In this document: one piece after another, positions 1-15,885 of the stretch
How the letters are laid out: the number at the start of each line of letters is the position of its first letter
Position numbering within the stretch: the first letter of the stretch is position 1
Assembly: GCF_009914755.1 (NCBI RefSeq)
Contig: NC_060932.1
Direction: 5' to 3' (one strand)
Length of the DNA stretch: 64,000 nt
DNA from: the human T2T-CHM13v2.0 reference genome, Homo sapiens
Translations under genes and position numbers: made by a program
Notes under the pieces: model-generated
Seen by the model: only the letters and a program-made list of their open reading frames with translations
What the model was told of the DNA's origin: nothing
The model's database searches: none

Positions 1-104
1 TTCAAGTCGTCTTGTCTATAAATGCCACAGTGTGACCTCAAAAAGTTTACTTGCACTCTACCCTTGGGAAATCCAATACTTTCTTAGTATCTTCTGAATA
101 ATCC

Positions 105-543
105 TTAAAAATTCACCTTTAAGATGGGATAAAGAAAATGTAGTACATATATGCCACGGAATACTATGCAGGCATAAAAGAATGAAATCATGTCCTTGGC
201 AGCACCATGGAAACAACTGAAAGCCATTTATCCAAAGTGCATTAATGCAGAAACAGAAAGCCAAACACTGCATGTTCTCACTTGTAAGTGGGATCTAAAC
301 CCTGGATACATATGGACATGAAGATGGGAACAACAGACAGCAGGGAATAAAACAGCAGGGAGGGAAGGAGGTGGGTAATGGTTGAAAAAGTACCCATTGG
401 GTACTATGTTCACTATTTGGGTGATAGGTTCAACTGAAGCCCAAACCTCAGGACTGTGCAATATATCCATGTAACAAACCTGCACATGGACCCTCTGAAT
501 CTAAAATTCAAAAAAAAAAAAAAATTTAAAAATTCACCTTTAA
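105..543 (+). mobile_element. 5'-truncated L1 3' end (older L1PA/L1PB-type) with poly(A) and target-site duplication
   Basis: L1 3'UTR-like sequence (GGATAAAGAAAATGT...AAACCTGCACATG...poly A). Identical flanking repeat TTAAAAATTCACCTTTAA at 105-122 and 526-543, containing the TT/AAAA L1 endonuclease site. Confidence 0.85.
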
Positions 544-1130
544 AACAAACAAGAAACCTAAAACTGGCAATGAACATATAATGCAATGTAAAGGAAATGG
601 AAAGAACTGGTGGCGTAAAGGATGGATGTTTTCTCCTAGTGCCTTATCATCACTGCTCTGCGCCTGGCTATTCTGGGCTTCTTGCTACCTGTGGAACACG
701 CCAAAAACATCCCTTTACCTTCCTCACAAGCTCTCTTCTTTGTAGGTACATTTGTAATGTAGTTCTTTATAATGCTTTTCCTCTGGGAAAAGTTTTTGTC
801 ATTTCAAGTCTACTTCTATCACAAAACAATGTACAATTGATGACTTGAAGAAAGGAACTGTGACTTTATTTTTGCATCGTTAGAACCTAGAATGAAATCT
901 GCCTCAAAAGAAGCAAAGCATATTATCATCTTGATGTGAATTAGATTCTGAACTTAGCCAAGAATCCAAGAATTTCAAAGTAAAGAGTATCTGACAAAAA
1001 AAATGCCTTAGTGCTGCTTTTCTCACCAGAAGTTACAACAATATTATCAGTAGTAGCAACACTGGATATAATTTCTTGAGAACTTAATGTGTTCCTGGCA
1101 CACTTCTTAGAAATTTTACAAATATATATA

Positions 1131-1385
1131 TTTTTGAGACAAAGCCTCCATCACAGCTCATTGCAGCCTCCACTACCCAGGCTCAAGTGATCCTCCCACC
1201 TCAGCCTCCTGAGTAGCTGAAACTATCGGCATGCGCCACCCAAACCAGCTAATTTTTGTATTTTTTGTAGAGATGGGGTCTTGCTAAGTTGTCCAGGCTG
1301 GTCTTGAACTCCTGGATTGAAGTGATCCTCCCTCCTTGGCCTCCCAAAGTACTAGCATTACAGGCATGAGCCACCGTGCCCAGTC
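1131..1385 (-). mobile_element. Alu (AluJ-like, partial)
   Basis: Reverse-complement Alu motifs (CCTCCCAAAGT...CAGGCATGAGCCACCGTGCCC). Confidence 0.9.
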
Positions 1386-2990
1386 TCATATATTACCCTT
1401 AATCCTCACAGTAACCTTATGTTTCTTTAAACACTGCATTTTACCACATTTGACAAAAATCACATCTACTGATTCTAGGAAACTTTATTAGTTTATAAGA
1501 CCAAAAAAGGGAGGAGAATGTTGAAAACTAAAGTATGATACAATTCTTTCTTCCCTCTTAGAATTTTTATTTTATTCTTACCAAAAGAGTTCTTTTAAAG
1601 TCATTCAGACATTACAGTAACAACAATATTAACAAAACAAACTCTACTTGAGTGGAAAGCAAGGACAACTACATTAAAATAATGCTTCCAATTATTACCA
1701 ACTGTAAAATGCCACTGATTTTAAGATACACTCCAGTTCCAGAAATGTTAACATGTAAAAAAATAGGCATCTTAGAAGTTTTGAAACATGAAATTTCTCT
1801 GAAAGGATAAGTTACTTGCTCTGTGGATCACACAGATAATAATCAAGGCCTTGGGATTTGAACACACATCAACTGGACTTCAGAGCTTTTTCTAATCATG
1901 TCATGCCATATCCTGTTCTATTTGAAAGTTCTTTCCTTTACCTAGTTATCTATGGGGGCATTAAATGATAATTAAGAATCAACAGTAAGTAAACAGAAGA
2001 AAAAAATAAGAACACATACTGGATCAAGTTATTTTTATTTATAGGAGAAAAAAGGTACATAATCTTAACAGGGCATCTCCTCCAAAGTAGTTTCTAATGT
2101 AGCAGAGATAACATGTCCACAAGTCTATTCACAGGATCAACATGAGTGTTATGACAAAGAGAGAAAGTGTAGGAAAGGTAAAGAAAGGAAGAAGCCTTCA
2201 AGGACATTTAAGGTGGACCTTGAGGGTTAGGTAGGATTTCAACTGGAAGAAGAAGGTATCAGGATAAGGTATTCTGGGTAGAAGGAATAACACCAAGAAA
2301 AATGGAGAGTAGAGTGGAGGGAAGTGCCATTCATGTTAAAAATAGTGAGTAATTTAAAAATTTGGATAAAGTAGTTTAAATAAGTAGCAAAGAATAAATG
2401 AGAGCCACACTTCTACACCAGCTAGAAGGAACTGCAATAACCATAGAGCAGGAGAATGATGACCTTGCAGCAGGTGAGGAGGAACAAATGAGATTATCAA
2501 AAAAGCAGAAGCTACAGAAGACAAAGGATCAAACTTCCAAGTCTTGAGATAGGTCAGGAAGGAGGCTGGACTCCAGAATAAAGAGACAAGGTAGAATTTT
2601 AGATACTTCCGGGTTGGAGGGGCCAAGTGTTTACTGTTTAATGTCATTCATATGAAAGGAACGAATGAGATGGCAAAGGGAGAGAGAGAAAAGAAAGAAG
2701 GAAATAAGCAAAATATCCCCCTGTGAGGAAAGAAGAGACAGCAAAGGGGAACAAAAAGGAAGAGTGATGGAAGGAGCTGGGCAATTAGAACTGTGGACCC
2801 TTACAGAAGCTGTGCCCAGAAGCTGATGCACAGTAGATGTCAGGCTATTTACTGTCAAATGAATCAAAAGAAGTCTGATGAGGAGATGATCAGGTTAGGG
2901 AAGGCAAATCAACCTACATATTCCAAAAAGAGATAATTTTTTTTTTGTATAACATATGAAATATAATTTTTAAAGAATACAAAACTTTTA

Positions 2991-3134
<144 letters not shown>

Positions 3135-3487
3135 TTAAGAATCTAACAGAGCTAGCTGAGATTTTCAGTATCAAAGGAAAAAGCTTTAACTATTTGAACC
3201 CTTGAGGCTTCCATTTATTTGGGAGAACTACTTTTCATTTCCTTGGTGTTTCGAGGTCACTTAGGGGTGAGGAATGGTTAGATGGTAGATAAATAAAATA
3301 CCAATGTCCTTCCCTCTATAGAGAGGCAAAGAACAGGGAGGGAGAGCAAACCTCGGTTTACCAGGGGTTTAGGTGCAGGTATTAGGTGCAGCTCTGGTAT
3401 ATAAGATTTCACAATTTACAGAAGAGATCCTTATCTGTAGGTTAGAATGCTCGCTATACACATGTCCTGCTAATAATAAATAATATA

Positions 3488-3996
3488 TAGTCGATCCTCA
3501 CTGGTGGTAGTTATGTTATATAAAGTTGTTGCAAACACAGAACCCCTGCTCTCAGGAGAAATATGTACACATATATTCGTATCTCACATAGATTACAATC
3601 TTCACTCATAAAACAACTCATTCTGATAGGTTCCATTTCCTTTAGAAAAGGAGGCTCAGATGTGTTAAGTGACTTGCCCAAGGCTGCCCCACTAACAGGT
3701 GCCAGAGTTGGGATTCAAACCTCTCCAACCACCAGAGCCTGAGCTGCTGGCTCTGCCCTGTGCCGTCCCCTCCCAGCCCTGACCCTGTCTTCCCTCCTCT
3801 GGCTGCGACAGGAGGGAGAGACTGCGGCCTTGCTGAACCTCAGCTGCATATGTGGGTATTAGGGAATACTCAATTTTTTTGTTGCTTTGTGCATGTCCTC
3901 AAATGACTATGAAAGCACCTTGAGTATTGATTTTGGGAATTACAAACATGTTAGCCACTAGGTGAATGCATCAGCGCAGACTACACAAATAATCAG
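3488..3996. mobile_element. TcMar-Tigger-type DNA transposon relic (MER82-like) with internal MIR-like segment
   Basis: TA-flanked terminus tagtcgatcctca...gtagttatgttatataaagt and far end gagtattgattttggg...aataatcagg resemble the recalled Tigger-family consensus. Subfamily uncertain. Confidence 0.55.
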
Positions 3997-4844
3997 GCAT
4001 GTGAAGAGCAGGAAGGGGCAATGGGATAAGAAGGACTTCTCTAGGGAAGCCTGAAATCAGCTCCCTTTTCAGGCCTAAACGTTTTCTTTGTGCCACAAAG
4101 GCAAACCACTCAAAACCTTAGTAAACATTTCCTCAACTGCTGAGTTCTCAAGATGAACAATCCCGAGTCCTTTTTTTCAAGGAATGCTCATTCTAAAAGG
4201 CAGACAGAAGTATACTCAAATTTGGTACAAGGTGTAACACAGATAGTGAATACATGCCAAGTGTCCTGAAAGTAGAGAGGAACTAATGACTGAGAGGATG
4301 ACCAGGGAAGGCTGCAGGGAGAGGATATAAGAGGAGAAGGGGTTGGTCAAGGAAGCAGGGCACAGGAACAGCACCCTGATTCAGAAGAGCATGGAGCATG
4401 AGCGGCTGGGCTCTGCCAGCATGTCAAGGGTCTGGACTTTCTTCTGTAAGCAATGAGTTGCCTCTGAAGACTATCAGAATTCCTAGAAAGAGGAGCATTT
4501 TGAAGAATCTCTAACCTTTTGGAGTTTGTACTTATTTCTATAGCCTAATGGAATGTATACTTATTAACCTTTCTGAGAAGATATCTGTGTGAATTTGTCA
4601 ACTGCCTGTTTAAAATGTTGTTCAAATGATATGAAAATTTGGACATCATACTACTTGGAATTTAGCTCTTTATTGGAATTCTAGGACTTGGGACAGTTAA
4701 GATTGAAGCTGGATATAAAATGTATTTAGAAATAATGAAAAGTTGACTTCGTCTTTTTAAAGTTAAATGACTAAACAATTAAAATGAATAAACAATTGAT
4801 TTTCTTTTCATATATCAAAGGATCATTTAAAAATAGTGACAGGT

Positions 4845-5142
<298 letters not shown>

Positions 5143-5153
5143 TTAAAAAATTA

Positions 5154-5470
<317 letters not shown>

Positions 5471-5840
5471 AAAATGAATTTAAAAAATAAAATAGTGACA
5501 GGCAATAATATACAGAAGACATATGGAAAGAGAATAGTTATAAGATTAAAATAACAGACTAGCTTTGCTTGTAAAAATCTGGGCTCATTTTGTTGCAATA
5601 TAAAAATCAAATACCCTAAGAAAGAAACTGGCCTTTGTAAAATGGTAGTCATAATTAGTAGTATTAATAGCACAATATGGATTTATCTAAACCTTAGCTA
5701 AAGTTCTAGGAATATGAAAACATTATTCAGTAAAATATTAGTTCAGTAACAATTTGAAGAACCAATTCAATGTGATTCCAAGATTGGCAAAATTAAACAC
5801 AACTGACATGAGCTAGATTTCAGTTAAAAAAACTAATGGA

Positions 5841-6197
<357 letters not shown>

Positions 6198-6254
6198 TCA
6201 GATCCCCTTCACTGAGGCAATCAATACAACCAGCCGCATCTGGTGTAAGATGAT

Positions 6255-7140
6255 GGTGTGTCTACTGATTGAAAGACATTGGAGCTGATTTGAATTTCTG
6301 GCTATTACAAATACAACTGCAATGAACATTTGAGTATGGTTTTGTGTACAAGTTTTCGTTTCTTCAGAAGAAATGTCCAGACGTGCAACTCCTGGGTCAT
6401 ATAACACTTGTATGCTTAATTTTTAAAGAATTTGCCAAACTTTCTTCCAGAATGCCTCTACCATTTTACATTCCCAGCAGCAATTTAGTTTCTCTGCATC
6501 TTTGCCAGCATATTCTTTATTTTAACAACTGACAGGTATGTACTGTAATCCCATTGTGTTCTTAATTTGCATTTTCCTAATGGACACAGATGTGGAACAT
6601 CTGCATCTTCACATGCTTATGTGCAATCCATATATCCTCTTCAATGAAATGTCTCTTCCTATTTTTTTGCCCATTTCTAAGTGCATTCTTTGTGTCATTT
6701 TTACTAAGTTTTAAGAGTTCCTTTTATATTCTAGATAATAGCTTTGTCAGATACGTGTGGCTGGCACGAATCTTCTACTCTGTAGCTTCTCTTTTCATCC
6801 TTTTAACAGGGTCTTTGGCAGAACAAAAATTTATAATTTTTATCAGGTTCAGTTTATCAACTTTTTCCTTTTATGAATCCTTGTTTCTGGTGTCAAGTCT
6901 AAGGATCCCTGGCCTAGCCCTAGATGCTAAATATTTACTCGTGTTTTTTTCTAAAAATTTATTATTTTGTAATGCAGTCTATAATCCATTCTGAGTTAAT
7001 CTGAAATGGAATTCAGAGGTTTAAACTGAGGTCTATTTTTTGCCTAAGGATGTCCAACTGCTCCAGCACCATTGCTGAGAAGGCTGTCGCTTCCTCCATT
7101 TAGTTGATTTTATATCTCTGTCAAAGATCAGGTGAGCATA
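6255..7140 (-). mobile_element. Ancient L1 (L1M-type) fragment, sense to PTK2
   Basis: Reverse-complement L1 ORF2/3' motifs (ttttacattcccagcagc, taatttgcattttcctaat, ccaactgctccagcaccatt). Confidence 0.75.
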
Positions 7141-7199
7141 TTAGAACATACTGTTTTTAGAAATACGTTAAAGATTCCAAGCCTATTTCTTAGGTACTA

Positions 7200-7433
<234 letters not shown>

Positions 7434-7704
7434 TTATATGATATTTATTATAGGATATATATAATAAATCTCATATATACACACACACAAAATTTACTTC
7501 ATATATATTCTTTTTGCCAGATATTTACCCATTAATACAATGATTATTCTGAATGATGGCAAAGTACATTCTAAAATAATGAAAATCCTTATTACTGTTC
7601 ATAAAACCATACTACCAACGGCATTAACTGACAGTGATATACAACTGGGGCCTATAACACTGCCATTACTAAAGAGATATCATTAAATAAAAGTTGCCTT
7701 CTGA

Positions 7705-8066
<362 letters not shown>

Positions 8067-8639
8067 TATTTCTTTTTTTTTTTTTGGATGAAGTTTGTAT
8101 TAATGCCGGATAACAAAAACACCAATTCTAATATGATACTTGGCAAACAAATTTTAAGGGTCTTTACTTGCATTCAAACAGAGACTCAGGCTATAAACAG
8201 AAATTCCACAGAATGCCAACAGATGTCACTCATAAGGTTGTGTTGTCCTGGAGAGTTCCAGGACAATATTTGTTTTAGAGACCACTTCCACATGTTCACT
8301 GCTCTGCTGCCAAGTACAGGTTCTCTATAGTGTTTGTGTAAGGAATAAGTGACCTGAAAGTATCACAATGTTTTAAACTCCACGTGTGTAAAAATCCTGT
8401 AAATGTGTATTAACAAGCCATGGCATCTCACTCTGATAGGACATAATGCAGCATGACTTGCTATTAACTGTGTACAATAGATTCCAATGGTATACAGAAT
8501 ACAATTTTGTAGAATTGGTACAAAACTGTACCAAAGGGGACCCTGGATCCAAAAGGGTCCAAAGACGGTCCAAATGGGTCCCTGTTTCTTGATCACTACT
8601 TTTCAGAAGGGAACTTAACAGCTTTATGACTGTATCTTA

Positions 8640-8867
<228 letters not shown>

Positions 8868-9703
8868 TTAATAATATTAGAATGGCTTCAAGTCTCTTCT
8901 AATAAAGCATAATAAATGAAACATTTAAACTCTGGATTCAGATTATTTTTTATTTGAAATCCTATCATGAAATTAAAATATTTTTGACTAACGACAAATT
9001 TCTTAAAAAATATAGAAAGATAAGCTTCAATGGAATGAACAAAAGCACAGTACAAATTATTGCTAAATAATAATAACTGGAAGAAAAAAGATCTAGTTAC
9101 TATCCAAACAAGGCTAATACACAGTCAGTTATCTCCACTTCAAACCTTACTGTGGCTCTGCGAAGGTATGAGGATAATGTAATGCGGAGAAAGCAGAGAC
9201 AAGAAGGAATCTCCCCTCTTATTTCCTTCCCCATGAAGTTTTGGATGCAGAAGCACAGAACAGTCATGTTGGGTATTTATCACAATGTACTTACTTGTTC
9301 ATGCTACCACTGACACCATTAATAGAGGTAAATGCTGACATGGCAAAGAAAGGCAGACACAATTAATACCCTAATTCTAAATAATTGATGAGAGAAATAT
9401 TTAGCCATATTTTTTGAGCCGGAAGAATTAGCAAACTCTCCAAAAGCAAAAGCAGAAAAGTACCGTGAACAAGAAATTATACATAAGCACTCCATTTGAT
9501 TTGGTGGAGGAGGAAGAGATGTTCAGCTGATGAAATCACACAATGCTCCCCCGGCCCAGTGTTTGATTCAGCAGGCCTGGGATGGGGCACAAGAACTTGT
9601 TTAATGAGTTTCCAAGTGTTGGTGATGCACTGATTTGTTTCTGTATTCTGGAGAAAGTGAGAGAGCTATTCACTCAATTACTCACATTTTTAAAAGAAAG
9701 TAC

Positions 9704-10016
9704 GGCCATGCACGATGGCTCACACCTGTAATCCCAGCACTTTGGGAGGCCAAGGCAGGCAGATCACTGGAGGTCAGGGGTTCGAGACCAGCCTGGCCAA
9801 CATGGTGAAACCCTGTCTCCATTAAAAATGCGAAAATTAGCTGGGCCTGGCAGCACGTGCCTGTAGTCCCAGATACTCAGGAGGCTGAGGCAAGAGAAGT
9901 GCTTGAACCTGGGAGGCGGAGGTTGTAATGGGCTGAGATCGCGCCATTGCACTCCAGCTTGGGCGACAGAGCGAGACTCTGTCTCAAAAAAAAAAAAAAG
10001 AAAAAAGAAAAAAGAA
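9704..10016 (+). mobile_element. AluS
   Basis: Full Alu with A tail. Confidence 0.92.
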
Positions 10017-10053
10017 ACTGTGATTTAAATAAGTTGGTTTAAAAGGTATTACT

Positions 10054-10324
10054 AGCCAGGTAATCAGAACACTTTGCGAGGCCGAGGCAGGCGGATCACT
10101 TGAGCCAAGGAGCTCAAGACCAGCCTAGGCAACATAGTGAAACCCCGTCTCTATAAAGAATTAAAAAATTAGTCAGGCATGGTGGCATGCACCTGTAGTC
10201 CCAGCAACTCGGGAGGTTGAGGTGGGAGATCGCTTGAGCCCAGGAGGTCGAGGCTGCAGTGAGCTGTGGTTATGCTACTACACTCCAGCCTGGGCAACAG
10301 AGGGAGACTTTGTCTCTCAAAAAA
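10054..10324 (+). mobile_element. Alu (AluJ-like, slightly 5'-truncated)
   Basis: Dimeric Alu motifs. Confidence 0.88.
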
Positions 10325-10739
10325 TGAGATGCTACAAAGTGAATTCCCAAAAAGATAAAGGAAATGTTTAGACTTACCTAAATTTAGCATTAATTTACCC
10401 AAACTCCATTAAGATTGCTTCATCCTCAGATCACTGGGCTAGTTTTTTAGGCAATGGCACCAGAGAGAAAAAATAAAACCAAACATTTGGCCATCTGCGG
10501 CTACCAATCCTGATAAAGTACTTGGCTGGGGAAGATATTGCTGCCAGTACTGCATAAGGGGATGCTTTGGGAATTTAATGATGAAGATATTTATACCCAT
10601 ATTCTCTGAACCAAAACCATAATGACATACATCCTAAATCAGAACTCTCCTGAAAATCCAAGATATAAACTGTTTATATTTTCCTTTCTTAAGCAAAAGA
10701 TATCAAACGCTGAGTCCAGAAGGTAAGATTTGGGGATCA

Positions 10740-10868
<129 letters not shown>

Positions 10869-10876
10869 TTATTCTT

Positions 10877-11175
<299 letters not shown>

Positions 11176-11381
11176 TAGTTATTCTTTTGAAAACTCTTTC
11201 AGCTTCTCTGAAGATGAATTCAATTAAGACATAAGGCTGGCAATAGGGGAACTTTAAAACTCAATTCCACAGGTCAGTTCAGCTCACAAATGGGCATAAA
11301 TTGGCACAAAAAGGTATGTCCTACTATTGAGGTGTAAGGTAACCTCTAAGAAAAATCCTTCTTTCCTTCTGCATATGTGGC

Positions 11382-11808
11382 AGGGGGGAAGAGGAAGAAA
11401 GAAGGAAGGGGAGGAGGAGGAGAAGAAAGGGGGGGGGAAGAGGAGGAGGAGGAGGAAGAGGAGGGGGAAGAGGAGGGGGAAGAGGAGGAGGAAGAGGAGG
11501 AGGAAGAGGAGGGGGACGAGGAGGGGGAAGAAGAGGAGGGGGAACGGGAGGAGGAGGAAGGGGAGGGGGAAGAGGAGGAGGAGAAGGAAGGGGAGGCTGA
11601 AGAGGAAGAGGAGGAAGGGGAGAGGAAGGGGGAGGAGGAAGAGGAGGGGGAGGAAGGGGAGAAGGAAGGGGAGGAGGAGGAGGGAGGAGGAGGGGGAGGA
11701 AGGGAGGAGGGGGAGGAAGGAAGTAGGAGGAGGGGGAGGAAGGAAGGAGGAGGAAGGAAGGAGGAAGAGGGGGAGGAAGGGAGGAGGAGGAAGTGAAGGA
11801 GAAGAAAG
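11382..11808. repeat. ~430-nt GA-rich low-complexity polypurine tract, (GAG/GGA/GAA)n
   Basis: Almost pure A/G on the + strand with only a handful of pyrimidines. Confidence 0.97.
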
Positions 11809-12199
11809 ACGACGACAACCATTTCTTTTTTCCTATGGACATATGTGACCTTGGGGTAGCTTCCTAGGTTTTCCTCTAGAAATCTGGTAAGTAGGAGTGT
11901 GTAATTCATTTACTAAGCAACCATCTTTACAGTAAAAATCACTCCTGACTGGTGAATTGCTGGGGGAGGAGGTGAAATGGGATTAAAAATACCTGGTGGA
12001 AAGCTATAGCTAGAAGCTGCCCTGAGTGTGGAGACTATGGTAACTGGGTGTGTTCCTTGCAAGGCCCTGGAAGCCACAACCCATGGGGCACTCACAAAGG
12101 ATTTCTATCTTAGACATAAATGGTTCCTGCATCCACCACTGTGGTCCTGTCCTCTTAAATTTAACTGGTTGCTTTCAGGGCCCTATAAAAGACTTTCTA

Positions 12200-12500
<301 letters not shown>

Positions 12501-13504
12501 GTTTCCAGGACAGCCGTGAGGACTTTCACATGAGAGAAATGCCAGCTGCTGCCTTTTTTGGCATACTTTGTTTATGGTCCTGTACTACTACTCTCAGGAG
12601 AGTCTGATGCTAAATGTGGCCTATGGCAGTAACATGAGTTTGACCGCCTAATTGAGCCAAGATGACCAAGAGGGCACTGCATATAGACATACATATCTGT
12701 GTGTGAACATGTATGTTAAGGTGTATGCATTTATAATTTCTAGTATCAGGGCTAAGAAGGTTACTTGTACAGTATACTAGGATTAGTAAGACACAGGACA
12801 GACTTCACAGAACTATAGGATCTCAAAACTGGAAGTGATTTTAAAGGTGACCTGGTCCAGTGGGTCCAAAAACACCTGATTTCACAGACTATAAAAATGG
12901 GGAAAAATAATTCTGATGCCAAGCAAGGAAATTAGAATAACAGAAGTAATTTTAAAAATACGATCAACATGTAATACTGCCAACATGTTACAGAATAGCT
13001 GGTATCGCCCATTGTGAGAAAAAACTGTGAAAGACTTTGAAATGGGCAAAACAATATTAGTGGGTGTTCTGTCTAGCTCACTTATGTGTTTTACAAGTTT
13101 TCCCTCATATTCCAAGAACAGGACCTGGTAGTTTTTTTCAACAAACATCACCAACAAAAACCCATATAATGTAAACACCCAGCACATAATCCAAAACATA
13201 TAATTAAATCTCACCTTGTCACATTCAGTTCATTGCTTATACCATGATATTTTTGGATAAACACTCAGGCACCCAGCATATTCACAACCGTACTTTCAAT
13301 TTACTGTAAGTAACTATTTATTATAACTTTTGGTTTTATGTTATTCTCACATATAATTATCAAGCCTTTCATATTTCCTCAGAAGTAATTATTAGAAACA
13401 CAAAACAGCACAAGGCTAAGAGAGTCTTGTGGCCACTAGGAAACTCTACCCAAACTGAACTAAAAATCAACACATAGAATAGTTTCCCTTGTTATTTACC
13501 CATC

Positions 13505-13706
13505 TGGGGCAGAAAGCTAAGGCCCAGGGGCTGCCATCTGCTTTTGTAAATAAAGTTTTACTGGAACATATTCTTGCTCATTCTTTTCTGTCCTGTCTGT
13601 GGATGTACAATGACAGAGCTGAATACTTGGGACAGGGGCTGCATAGTCTGCAGAACCTAAAATATGTACTATATGGCCCTTTAAAGAAAAAGTTTAACAA
13701 TTCCTG
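13505..13706 (+). mobile_element. MER58A-like hAT-Charlie MITE
   Basis: ttttgtaaataaagttttactggaaca ... cctaaaatatgtactatatggccctttaaagaaaaagttt matches the recalled MER58A consensus. Confidence 0.75.
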
Positions 13707-14247
13707 ATCGAGGCCATATTTTTTCTCTTATATATAGCCTGGTAAAGCCCTACAGAAGTTTAGATACACTACATCTATCACATTTCCCTGAAATAACTGC
13801 TGAGTAACCTCTCAGAGAAGAAAACAATTAGTCCGACTTGACTACTCCTATAAAACTATATAACTGATTTTTGTAATGACAATTCCAAAGTCCTACAAAA
13901 TCACAACATAGTAACTGTTCAGAATTTTAGGAAAAGATAACCAATTTTTAAAATTTTCATTTTTGAAAATATAAAATGCACAAGAATACCAGCAAAGGTA
14001 AGGCAGATATGGTGTTGGGTGATGATGACTGATGTGGTCTGTTTTCTTGGCCTAGGTGCTATGCAGAAATGAACTAGTCAAGACAGAAGTCATTGGCCAG
14101 GCCTTCTCTTGTACTTAAGTCAAAGTTTCAGGAATAGGATTAAGGATGTACTAAGACTTAATTAATGTAGTCACCACATGGCTTACTCTATGAATTATTA
14201 ATTTATTGGACTGTTGGGTGGTATTTATTACAATGGAAAACAGAAGG

Positions 14248-14640
14248 CATTCATTTGATGCACATATAATGAAGGACACCAGAATGACAAACATCTACCA
14301 GGTGTTCTCTAGGTGTCAAGTACTGTGCAGGACACTGAGTATGGAGTGGTGAGCGAAACAAACATGGTCCTTATCCCCAGGGAGCTTAAGGCCTAGAGGA
14401 AGAGAGGAAGAGACAGGCAATAATCACTTGTAAACAATGTAGCTTTAATTAGGAATCATTAGGAAGAAAAAGAACTAGTCTTGTGTGACAAAAAATAGTA
14501 AGGGGAGACTTTAAATATGGTGGTCAGAAAAAGGTTCTCTATTGGAGGTAATGTTTAAGCTGGGGCCTGAAGCATGAGAAGAGGCAAACCATAGGAAAGG
14601 AGGAAGAGGAACATCACCGCTTGAGGGCAGGTAAGGAAGA
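14248..14640 (-). mobile_element. L2 fragment
   Basis: cattcatt end followed by tactgtgcagg...ggtccttatccccagggagctt, typical of an antisense L2 3' region. Confidence 0.6.
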
Positions 14641-14786
14641 GCTTGATGTGGACAAGATCCTTGCTCTTTAAGAGCTTACATTTGGGAAAGAAGACCTATT
14701 CATGCAGAGCTCACTCAAGGAAGCTTCTTCAGAGGAGGCACAAACCAAGAGTCAGAGGAATGGAGGTGGAGAAAATTATTTCTAAG

Positions 14787-15072
14787 GGCTGGGCACAGTG
14801 GCTCACGCCTGTAATCCCAGCTCCCTGGGAGGCTGATGCAGGCAGAGCCTAGAACTTTAGAATAGCCTGGGAAACAGCAAAAACCTGTCTCTCCACAAAA
14901 CAAAAACAAAAACAAAAAAACCAACCAACCAAACAAAAATACAAAAAATTAGCTGGATGTGGTGGCGCCCATCTGTAGTACCAGGTATTTGCAGCCCCGA
15001 GATGGGAGGATCCCTTGAGTCCAGGAGGAGACACAGCGAGACCCGAGACAGACACTGCCTCAAAAAAAAAAA
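14787..15072 (+). mobile_element. Diverged Alu (AluJ-like)
   Basis: GGCTGGGCACAGTGGCTCACGCCTGTAATCCCAG start, expanded A-rich linker, A tail. Confidence 0.85.
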
Positions 15073-15148
15073 GATAAGTGTTTCTAGCTAAAGTCACCTG
15101 GGAAGCCGTCAGAAGAGTCCTTTCCTGAGGTCTCTTCTTGCGTGAAGT

Positions 15149-15447
15149 TTTCTTTTCTTTTGTTTTTTGGAGACAGGGTCTCATTCAGTCACTTAGGCTG
15201 GAGTGCAATGGCACGATCTTAGCTCACTGCTACATGGGCCTCCCAGGCTCAAGTGATCCTCCCATCTCAGCTTCCTAAGTAGCAGGGACTACAGGCATGC
15301 GCCACCATGCCCAGCTAATTTTTTTAATTTTTAAATTTTTTCATAGAGACGGGGTTTCACCATGTTGCCCAGGCTGGTCTCAAGCAATCCTCTCACCTCG
15401 GCCTCCCAAAGTACTGGGATTACACGTGTGAGCCACCACACCTGGCC
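15149..15447 (-). mobile_element. Alu (AluJ-like)
   Basis: Reverse-complement dimeric Alu. Confidence 0.9.
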
Positions 15448-15468
15448 TCCTTTTGGGTGATTTGTTCT

Positions 15469-15774
15469 TTTTCTTTCTTTCTTTTTTTTTTTTGAGGCAG
15501 AGATTGCTCTATTGCCCAGGCTGAAGTGCAGTGTTGCTATCTCGGCTTACTGCAACCTCCCTCTCTGGGGTTCAAGCTATTCTCCTGCCTCAGTCTCCTG
15601 AGTAGCTGGGACTACAGGTGCGTGCCACTATGCACGGCTAATTTTTTGTATTTTTAGTAGAAGACTGTTTCACCATGTTGGCCAGACTGGTCTCAAACTC
15701 CTGACCTCAGGTGATCTGCCTGCCTTGGCCTCCCAAAGTGCTAGGATTACAAGCGTGAGCTACCGTGCCCAGCC
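15469..15774 (-). mobile_element. AluS
   Basis: Full Alu. TSD TGGGTGATTTGTTCT at 15454-15468 and 15775-15789. Confidence 0.92.
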
Positions 15775-15885
15775 TGGGTGATTTGTTCTGATTTTGTAGC
15801 AGGACAAGGGGAATGGTCATAGAGCCCTATTCCTTCACTAGTCTATGAGCTCCATCAGGGCAGGGACTGTGTGTGTCATGCTCAC

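Noticed and set aside
8536-8582. Short GGTCCAAA repeats and GGGACCC/GGGTCCC inverted repeat near an exon donor
   Set aside because: Stems of only 6-7 bp, within chance expectation.
11324-11909. Long ORFs (139-187 aa poly-Pro, poly-Glu, poly-Arg, poly-Ser) in four frames
   Set aside because: Artefacts of the GA-rich tract, which lacks T on one strand and A on the other and so cannot form stop codons.
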